This document shows, one piece after another, positions 18,409 through 25,134 of a stretch of DNA of 64,000 nucleotides. Positions within the stretch are counted from its first letter, which is position 1; every line of letters starts with the position of its first letter. The notes under the pieces are model-generated. The model was not told the DNA's origin. It did not search any database and was given only the letters and a program-made list of their open reading frames with translations. The stretch is from a virus, in the IMG/VR virus record IMGVR_UViG_3300010885_050098, positions 1 through 64,000 of that record; one strand, given 5' to 3'. The position numbers were made by a program, and so were the translations under genes.

Positions 18409-18879
18409 ATGGGTCTTGATATGTATCTCCACGCTAAGAAGTATGTTAGCGGTTGGTCGCATGAGAAGGATACGAGCGAGTACCAAAGACTACGCGCTCT
18501 TTATCCTGAAGTCGAGATTGACGAGGGTTCTCCTTCGATTGAACTCGTCTTTACTGTTGGGTATTGGCGCAAGGCTAATGCCATTCATAGTTGGTTCGTT
18601 CAGAATGTCCAAGAAGGGCAAGATGATTGCAAGCCGTACTATGTTGAACCAACCGACTTAATGAAGTTGAAGGAAGCATGCAGTTTGGAACTTCTAGTTC
18701 CTGCTGGTGGTGCTGGTGGTGGTGTTCTTGAACCTACTGCTGGTTTCTTTTTTGGTAATGCCGAACGCGACGATTGGTATTACGAAAATCTTAATCGCAC
18801 AATTCAGATTGTGGATAAGTGCCTAGCACTTCCGCAAGACGGCTGGCATTGGTCTTTCGAATATCAGTCTAGTTGGTAA
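18409..18879 (+). CDS. Conserved phage early protein (MGLDMY...YWRKANAIH...GFFFG family)
   Basis: Recognisable widespread phage family of unknown function. Confidence 0.8.
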   Translation: MGLDMYLHAKKYVSGWSHEKDTSEYQRLRALYPEVEIDEGSPSIELVFTVGYWRKANAIHSWFVQNVQEGQDDCKPYYVEPTDLMKLKEACSLELLVPAGGAGGGVLEPTAGFFFGNAERDDWYYENLNRTIQIVDKCLALPQDGWHWSFEYQSSW

Positions 18880-18921
18880 TCCGTCGAAGGGAAGCGCCTC
18901 AGAAATGGGGCGCTTTTCTTT

Positions 18922-18961
18922 TGCAAACTCTATTGTATTTATTCAGTAGATGATTTAAGTT
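18922..18961 (+). promoter_or_regulatory. Cassette promoter fused to the upstream terminator
   Basis: Hairpin 18889-18918, then TGCAAACTCTA-TTGTAT-N17-TAAGTT. Confidence 0.75.
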
Positions 18962-19007
18962 TCTCTTATCAGCGCAAGTCGCGTTGATATTTTCTTAGGG
19001 GGTTAGC

Positions 19008-19259
19008 ATGGCAAACGATTTTTGGAATAAGTATTACGGCTCTTTCGTTGGAGCAAAGATTGTGAAGTTCGTTGGCATGAATACTGAGGACGATATGGGA
19101 GATGGTTTCCCTGAGTTCGAAGTCAAGTTCGCAGATGGCGAGATTGGGATTATCTCTATCTCACAAGACCCTGAAGGTAATGGTGGCGGATTTATATTCG
19201 GCTTAGCATTACCACAAGACCACCCACAAGGTGGGGAAGTGAGGACACTCAATGCCTAG
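19008..19259 (+). CDS. Hypothetical protein
   Basis: SQDPEGNGGGFIF motif, a common phage family. Confidence 0.75.
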   Translation: MANDFWNKYYGSFVGAKIVKFVGMNTEDDMGDGFPEFEVKFADGEIGIISISQDPEGNGGGFIFGLALPQDHPQGGEVRTLNA

Positions 19260-19440
19260 ATTAGAAATCGGTGACAAGTATGTCACTCAGAAGTCGGGTG
19301 TCGAAGGGATTATCCTTGAGATAGTCCCGAACGATACTGGATCCGTTCGCTTGCGGTTGGTAACACCTGCCCTTGAAACTCGTTGGACAACCTATGTCCC
19401 CGAGCGATTGGGACAAGTAAAGGTTTCATCAGCCCCCTGA
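19252..19440 (+). CDS. Small SH3/KOW-like protein, paralog of 37216..37419
   Basis: GDKYVTQKSGVEGIILEIVPNDTGSVRLRL...RWTTYVP. Confidence 0.75.
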   Translation: MPRLEIGDKYVTQKSGVEGIILEIVPNDTGSVRLRLVTPALETRWTTYVPERLGQVKVSSAP

Positions 19441-19445
19441 TTGAA

Positions 19446-19474
19446 AACTCCTGAGCATGAGTTAAAAGTGCTCA
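19446..19474 (+). ncRNA. Candidate H-type pseudoknot (copy 2)
   Basis: AACUC-C-UGAGCA-U-GAGUU-AAAAG-UGCUCA. Confidence 0.5.
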
Positions 19475-19601
19475 ACCAAAAAGCTCGTGGATCCTGGCAC
19501 CGCGCCGGGAGCTGCGAGCTTTTTTGTTTGTGTTGAGACCCACCCTCCCTGTCTCTGACTTACTTCGTAAGGGAGTTGTTGGAGAGATGCCGGGCGCAAG
19601 C

Positions 19602-19617
19602 TCGAACAGATGTTCGA
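19602..19617. promoter_or_regulatory. Actinobacterial LexA (SOS) box
   Basis: TCGAAC-AGAT-GTTCGA, exact match. Confidence 0.8.
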
Positions 19618-19627
19618 AAAAATAGTT

Positions 19628-19667
19628 TGCAAACTCTATTGAAAGTAGGAGAGCGAGCGCATAATGT
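19628..19667 (+). promoter_or_regulatory. Cassette promoter
   Basis: TGCAAACTCTA-TTGAAA-N17-TAATGT. Confidence 0.8.
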
Positions 19668-19711
19668 TCTACCTATCAGCGCAAGGTGCGTTGATTGAAA
19701 GGGGCTGTAAA

Positions 19712-20167
19712 GTGCTAACGAATAAACAAGCACTTCAGGCTTATACGGAAATCGTAGAAGCCTACGCAAGCAACGAACCCTTGCCGACTACTTCGGTGAA
19801 TATGTTCGTTGAAAGTATCAAAGACTTACAAGTCCGCGATTATCTCCTAGGTCATGCTCCAACGACCTTCGGTGCTCAGGGTGCGATTGAATTCGTAACC
19901 TCTATCCTTCCGCTAGTAGATGAGGGCGCTCGCGCTCCCTTCTACACTGTATTGTCTGCCTTCTATTATGAGGCTGGCGATAGCGAACTCGCGTTCGTAT
20001 CATTAGTTCAAGCACAATTGCTTGACCCACAATATGCTCTAGCAAAATTGTTTGAGCGTGTTTACAAGGCTGGTTGGCCAGCCACCGCACTCGCGCAATT
20101 GCGCGTTGAACTTCACCCAAAGGTTGCAGAAACCTTTGAGGTTGAAACCGAGTTGGAGTTCGCGTAA
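19712..20167 (+). CDS. DUF4192-like protein
   Basis: LQVRDYLL...RAPFYTVLS...GDSELA...DPQYALAKL...GWP; GTG 19712 after AAGGGGCTGT. Confidence 0.65.
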   Translation: MLTNKQALQAYTEIVEAYASNEPLPTTSVNMFVESIKDLQVRDYLLGHAPTTFGAQGAIEFVTSILPLVDEGARAPFYTVLSAFYYEAGDSELAFVSLVQAQLLDPQYALAKLFERVYKAGWPATALAQLRVELHPKVAETFEVETELEFA

Positions 20168-20456
20168 CTTCAGCCCCGAAGCCCCTCGGCAGAAATGCCG
20201 GGGGGCTTTTTTAATTTCCGGATCCTGGCGCCGGCAGCTGAGATCCAGGCAGCTGTTTTTTTAGGGCGCCAAATAATATTTCCCGATGCCTAATGTTTGT
20301 GTTGGACAGCCCTCCCACCCTGTCTAACCCTTTCAGGGAATTAGGAGGAGAGAGTTGCCCAGGAATAGTTCGCAAACTCTATTTACAAGTGGGTGCGCTG
20401 CGTGGGAGAGTTCATCTGTTGGAGAAGCCAAGTATCCGACAAGAAGGGCTGTTGAT

Positions 20457-20873
20457 ATGGCTAGGGCTATGTCTGTGAAAGTGCCAACCGCAAAAGTAAT
20501 TGCCGCGTTGGAAGCAAGACTCGTAAAGACTCAAACCGAGTGGGACAATCGGGGCGAGGCTGAAGCAAAGTTCCAAGATGAACACAAGGCTTGGAGTGAA
20601 GAAATGAAGAAGTGGGCTGTTGCTCGCATCTCTAAAGCAGAGAATCTTCGTGCTAATTATCGTTCGTGGAGTAATCAAGTCAATATCGACTTTGACCTCT
20701 CTACCAAAGATGGGGACTTCCCTATCGAGCCAAATCGCGAACACGAAAGTCGTGCGGAGTGGCAAGTCAAGGCTGAGGTTGAGGAAATCACCAACGCTCT
20801 AAATATCTTGCGTATGACTGACGAGGAATATGTAAATGCCTCGACTATGAAGTCAATCTCGCAATATCTATAA
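20457..20873 (+). CDS. Hypothetical early protein
   Basis: ATG 20457 after AAGGGCTGT, downstream of a cassette promoter. Confidence 0.75.
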   Translation: MARAMSVKVPTAKVIAALEARLVKTQTEWDNRGEAEAKFQDEHKAWSEEMKKWAVARISKAENLRANYRSWSNQVNIDFDLSTKDGDFPIEPNREHESRAEWQVKAEVEEITNALNILRMTDEEYVNASTMKSISQYL

Positions 20874-21174
20874 GTAATCGAAACAGGGGCAGTTTGCGGG
20901 AGTTCTAGCCCAATGTCGTAAGTAAGAACCCGCACCTAGCAAGCGGCAGGGCCTGGGGCAACCCGGGCTCTGTCTGCCGCTGCCCAGGATCCAAGCGGCG
21001 CGGATCGCGCAAATGTTTGTGTTGGCCCTCCCACCCCGTTTATAGGGAGTATGTATGTAAGAGAGACTCAGCTGCCCGGTGGATCCTGGCAAAACTAGTC
21101 TGCAAACTCTATTTACACGAGCACGGCCAGCATGAGAGAGTTCGCCTACACCTCACGAAAGGGGCTGTTTACAT

Positions 21175-21717
21175 ATGGGTTATTACATTGACCTAACTGA
21201 TGCCGATTGGGAAATTCCCGAAACCGCAGAAGTGCTAGAGGCGTTGAAAGAAATGCCTACCAAATATCACGCCATTAAACGTGGCGGTTCATCTAATGGA
21301 GAATCTTGGTTCTCATGGATGAGCGACGAAAGTATCCTCAACGCAGAGAGTGCGGAGAGAATATTCAACGACCTAGGGTTCGAGACTACGTCAACCGACG
21401 GTAGTTTTAAACTCGATGGTTACTCCAGCAAAACGGGCCAAGAAGATTTATTCTTGGCGGTCGTTGCCCCATTCTGCAAAACAGGTTCATACGTGGAATT
21501 CCGCGGTGAAGATGGAGCCGAATGGCAATACTCAGTACGTGATGGTGTCATGCAATATTCAGAAGTTGCTCGTCACTTTCCCGAACCGCATCCGTGGCGC
21601 TACTCCCACTTCCAATTCGATGACGGTAAGACTCAGTCTTTCGCAATCGATATCACAAAACCTCTTCCAGAAGGGGTCCATAACGGCCACGATAAATACA
21701 TCAAGGCCACAGTTTAA
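21175..21717 (+). CDS. Conserved phage hypothetical protein
   Basis: MGYY...APFCKTGSYVEFRGEDGAEW family. Confidence 0.75.
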   Translation: MGYYIDLTDADWEIPETAEVLEALKEMPTKYHAIKRGGSSNGESWFSWMSDESILNAESAERIFNDLGFETTSTDGSFKLDGYSSKTGQEDLFLAVVAPFCKTGSYVEFRGEDGAEWQYSVRDGVMQYSEVARHFPEPHPWRYSHFQFDDGKTQSFAIDITKPLPEGVHNGHDKYIKATV

Positions 21718-21886
21718 AAGCTGAAAAAGCTGAATGCTCTCACCGGGATCACCCTAGCGGATCCTGGTGGGAGCTTTTTTTATTTAATAAATATCCCAAA
21801 GAGGGGAGGGTGGGCCGACACAAACATCTGGCTTTGGGTAATAAAGGCAAACGGAGCCCTCGGAGAGAGAGCGCGAAAAAATTCTT

Positions 21887-21926
21887 TGCAAACTCTATTT
21901 ACACGGAGAGACTGAGCACGTAATGT
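21887..21926 (+). promoter_or_regulatory. Cassette promoter
   Basis: TGCAAACTCTA-TTTACA-N17-TAATGT. Confidence 0.8.
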
Positions 21927-21967
21927 TCTCCTTGTAAGCGGAAGTACCGATTACAGAAGGGCTGAAA

Positions 21968-22213
21968 ATGCGTTCTCTAAGAGAGATTGCAATTGAAATT
22001 GAAAGAGAGTGTGCTGATAAGCAATGGTATTACTATGCCGAAGCCTACGTCACTCCAATGAAGTCGCTTGAATCGCTGAGCGAGCGCTACTACGAAGATA
22101 GTGCTGAATCTATCGTCATGTATGCACTTGCTAATCTCACCTCATGGCGGGGTGATACAGCTCGCCGAATCAAGGCCGAGCTCAACGCAATGCTGAAGGG
22201 GGTAAGCGCATGA
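21968..22213 (+). CDS. Conserved phage hypothetical protein
   Basis: YYEDSAESIVMYALANLTSWRGDTARRIKAEL family. Confidence 0.8.
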   Translation: MRSLREIAIEIERECADKQWYYYAEAYVTPMKSLESLSERYYEDSAESIVMYALANLTSWRGDTARRIKAELNAMLKGVSA

Positions 22214-22584
22214 GCGAATTAACCACGCTCAGCTGCACCGAGCTTATAGCTCGTATCGAATCACTTGAGAATGGCATAACTAACTATAGTCGCCAGCTCT
22301 CACGTATTACCGAAGGCCTAACCGCCGATAGTTGGTACCGCTCTGAGGTGGAAAAATCCACCGTGCTATCAGAGCTCTGCGAGATCCTGGGTGTTCAACC
22401 TACTCAGACCGTCTCCATCACCGCAACCCTTACGGTTTGCATGTCACACGAAGTGCCGCTCGATGAGCTGGAAGACTTCGATGCAGACCAATTGGTCTCA
22501 GACCAACTTTCTATCGATGTCTACGGTGGAGATACCACCCTCGACGATTGGTCGGTAGAGAGCGCTGATTGGGAAGAGCAATGA
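22210..22584 (+). CDS. Acidic hypothetical protein
   Basis: ATGA coupling; D/E-rich C-terminus. Confidence 0.7.
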   Translation: MSELTTLSCTELIARIESLENGITNYSRQLSRITEGLTADSWYRSEVEKSTVLSELCEILGVQPTQTVSITATLTVCMSHEVPLDELEDFDADQLVSDQLSIDVYGGDTTLDDWSVESADWEEQ

Positions 22585-22817
22585 ACGTAGCTCCATCCCA
22601 AGACCTCATGACTCGCTTCAAGGTTCAGGCGGCCATCACGGCCGCTTGGACTGAGTATGGCGAGCTGTACGAAGCTGAAGAGGCCGGTGGCTTCTCCGAC
22701 GCTATGGAATCGATGGAGAGAAAATATGCAGAAGGTGTAGCTGAAGGGCTCAGCTCTGCATACTTCATGATTTATAACGAATCGTTCCCACCATCGGAGG
22801 ATGAAAGTGCCATATAA
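22581..22817 (+). CDS. Acidic hypothetical protein
   Basis: ATGA coupling. Confidence 0.65.
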   Translation: MNVAPSQDLMTRFKVQAAITAAWTEYGELYEAEEAGGFSDAMESMERKYAEGVAEGLSSAYFMIYNESFPPSEDESAI

Positions 22818-23094
22818 CCCAAGAGCTGAAAGAGAAGCGGCGATCCTGGCATACACGGATGAAGACCGGGATGCGATGGACGATACCAACCCGGTTACTC
22901 ATGCAGAGACTGGCCCTAACCGATTCCATCTCATGTCTCTATTCTTCTCAGATACTGACGGTGTTCAGATTCAAGAGGATATGGAGCTCAATGAGATAAC
23001 CGTTACCTACTTCAATGACGCATTAGTTAGCGAGGAGATTACGGAAGGCCCGATGTATGACTGGGCCATCGAGCAATACAACGGCTGGATTTAA
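22801..23094 (+). CDS. Acidic hypothetical protein
   Basis: ORF followed by a terminator at 23098-23130. Confidence 0.6.
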   Translation: MKVPYNPRAEREAAILAYTDEDRDAMDDTNPVTHAETGPNRFHLMSLFFSDTDGVQIQEDMELNEITVTYFNDALVSEEITEGPMYDWAIEQYNGWI

Positions 23095-23207
23095 ACGAGG
23101 CCCCTGCTGCGCTTGCGCGGTGGGGGTTTTGCCATGCCCGAAATGTTTGTGTTGAAGCCCACCCTCCCTCATTATGGGAAATATATATAAAGAGAGATCC
23201 CTGGCCG

Positions 23208-23223
23208 TGTGACGTAGCTCACA
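23208..23223. promoter_or_regulatory. CRP/GlxR-type site
   Basis: TGTGA-CGTAGC-TCACA, exact TGTGA-N6-TCACA. Confidence 0.7.
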
Positions 23224-23301
23224 AGAGAGAGTCTGCAGACTCTATATACATTCGACGGTTGACGTGTCAATATACGGTTAGCAATAAAAGAAAGGGCTGT
23301 C

Positions 23302-24000
23302 ATGAAATTAAAACGTAGTAAGGACCGCAAGGTTGCGAATTCACTCACCGCGGGTGGAAACGTACGTATTGCGAATTCTTTCGGGCTACCGTCCGGGAGA
23401 GAGTACTCATGTCCGGGCGCCACTAGTATATGCGAACGCATATGTTATGCGGGCAAGCTTGAGAAGCTATATCCAGGCGTTAGAGAGAATCTCACACACA
23501 ATTGGGATTTACTTAAGAATGCAGACCATGACACTATGGAGAATCTCCTAATGGAGATGATCGAGGAATTCAAGGCCGAATGCGATAAGTGGAATGCGCC
23601 TAAGTCATTCCGTATCCATTGGGACGGGGATTTCTTTAATGGTGAGTACGCATTCGCGTGGAAACACGTCATCCTTAATAACCCGGATGTTAAATTTTGG
23701 GTATACACACGGGTAGAATCGGCCGCGTACATGCTTAAGGGCATGGAGAATCTTTCTCTCTATTTCTCCGGAGATAGCGAGAATTTCGAGGCCGCAGCAC
23801 GGTTGAAAGAGCACGGGATATTAATCGCTAGTCTCGATGAGACTTTCGATCGGGCCCGTGGAGCGCTTAAACTTATTGGAGAGAAGTCTGCAATATGCCC
23901 TGAGCAACGTAAGCAAATACCTCTAAACGGAGCCTGCATTGCATGCGGGATTTGCGTAGAGGGTAAAGTCAATATATCGTTCTCGATATCTAAGAAATAA
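23302..24000 (+). CDS. GP88-family protein (radical-SAM-like Cys motif)
   Basis: SFGLPSG..SCPGATSICERICYA, FRIHWDGDFF, FWVYTR, C-terminal CP..CIACGIC. Confidence 0.8.
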   Translation: MKLKRSKDRKVANSLTAGGNVRIANSFGLPSGREYSCPGATSICERICYAGKLEKLYPGVRENLTHNWDLLKNADHDTMENLLMEMIEEFKAECDKWNAPKSFRIHWDGDFFNGEYAFAWKHVILNNPDVKFWVYTRVESAAYMLKGMENLSLYFSGDSENFEAAARLKEHGILIASLDETFDRARGALKLIGEKSAICPEQRKQIPLNGACIACGICVEGKVNISFSISKK

Positions 24001-24009
24001 GGAGCAAGA

Positions 24010-24285
24010 ATGGGATCAACACTAGCAAGAGAGCTAGCGGGAGGAGATTTGGGCTTAGATCTACGGGCCCAGATCACCATCCAGCTACGTAGTAATCATT
24101 ACCCACCGGTACCGTATGAGATGGTGGATCCATGCATGGATGCCATCGTGGCATATAACGATGGAGACACCGATCTATTGATCGCGCTACCATCGCCGAT
24201 TAAGTGGAAAGGCCAGGATCACGCACCGGCCTATGCAATAATTGAGTCGCATCACCTTAATGATTGGATCTCATATGAAGAGTAA
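24010..24285 (+). CDS. Conserved actinophage hypothetical protein
   Basis: QLRSNHYPPVP...CMDAI...APAYAIIESHHL. Confidence 0.75.
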   Translation: MGSTLARELAGGDLGLDLRAQITIQLRSNHYPPVPYEMVDPCMDAIVAYNDGDTDLLIALPSPIKWKGQDHAPAYAIIESHHLNDWISYEE

Positions 24286-24633
24286 CCTGCAGATTAAGCT
24301 TGATGCGGCCGCTAAGGCCCTAGAGCCCATCCTATGGGAGACATTGGATGAGATTGATGAAGAATGAATTTCAAGAGCTGATGGATCGGGTCCTTAAGGA
24401 GGGGCTCGATCGCATCGATCAGCTAACTGAAGAAGAGTTGCTCTCCTAACGGATCGAGCATCACGGCGTCCATCCCCACACAGCCCGGGGTTGGGCGCCT
24501 TTTCTTTTGGCGAGCGCCCATTTATTGTTTGGTTGTTTGCCTACACCCATATTTCCAAATGTTTGTGTTGACCCACCCTCCCCTTATCCCTTCGGGATAG
24601 GGTAAGAGAGACATCGATGTCAATAGAGTCTGC

Positions 24634-24649
24634 TGTGATGGCCATCACA
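24634..24649. promoter_or_regulatory. CRP/GlxR-type site next to an inverted promoter motif
   Basis: TGTGA-TGGCCA-TCACA perfect palindrome abutting minus-strand GCAGACTCTATTGACA (24618-24633). Confidence 0.65.
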
Positions 24650-24849
24650 TGGAGAGAGTTGAGTCGGATCGACTCAAGTTTTATGAGCCGGAATGAGCAA
24701 TCTCGAAGAGAGAGAGAGGATCGAAGATCCTGGCACATTCATGCAGAGAGAGAGAGAAGAGAGAGAGGCATGCAAGCTCCGAAGGAGCTGGCTAGGCTAC
24801 TGTCTCAGCATGCGAGACGATGAGCAGTCGTGCCACCAGGTCAAATGCT

Positions 24850-24865
24850 TGTTTCACGTGAAACT
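24850..24865. other. parS: parS centromere-like site
   Basis: TGTTTCACGTGAAACT: exact 14-bp core GTTTCACGTGAAAC, 15/16 match to TGTTTCACGTGAAACA, in a gene-poor stretch. Confidence 0.75.
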
Positions 24866-25036
24866 ATGCGTATATCTTCGATATTGCATATATCTTTGAT
24901 CGCCATCTCAGGCTGTGGAGAGATTAAGGAAGCAGAGATAAGTAATTGGATATCTATCTCTCTTATATCTCTCTCTTGAATATGCTCTCTCTAATTAAAA
25001 CAAGGAAATGTAAAGGGCCGTATTTCCACAGGGCGC

Positions 25037-25104
25037 TGTGTTGTAAGTCACATGGTAAATGTATGCAAACTCACTTGCGCTAGATACTAGCTGAGGAGTA
25101 GGTT
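25037..25104 (+). promoter_or_regulatory. Variant cassette promoter with CRP-like site
   Basis: TGTGT-N6-TCACA (25037-25052), TGCAAACTCAC-TTGCGC-N18-TAGGTT. Confidence 0.6.
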
Positions 25105-25134
25105 GGCCTCCTAAGCCAAACAAGGGAGAAAACT

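Larger units (their letters stand above)
18246..24582. repeat. Dispersed bipartite intergenic repeat TGTTTGTGTTG-N(1,3,5)-CCCNCCCNCCC, 7 copies
   Basis: 18246-18270, 19525-19549, 20294-20320, 21014-21036, 21804-21826 (inverted, one mismatch), 23144-23168, 24560-24582. Confidence 0.9.

Noticed and set aside
18810-18818. Perfect DnaA box (TGTGGATAA)
   Set aside because: Single copy inside a coding region, which is expected by chance.
20899-20912. preQ1-I riboswitch (GUUCUAGC resemblance)
   Set aside because: It lacks the P1 stem and A-rich tail arrangement and lies 3' of a gene.
18246-24582. CRISPR array interpretation of the repeats, given the Cas4-like gene
   Set aside because: Repeats are 0.7-1.4 kb apart and separated by whole genes. 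There is no cas1/cas2, and solo Cas4-like nucleases are common in phage recombination modules.
24541-24899. ORFs 24541..24738, 24617..24823 and 24693..24899
   Set aside because: They arise from GA repeats (RERE), lack an RBS, and overlap regulatory motifs and parS.
17100-25100. Integron with attC cassettes
   Set aside because: No tyrosine integrase is in the window, no RYYYAAC/GTTRRRY-bounded attC structure is seen, and each cassette has its own promoter.
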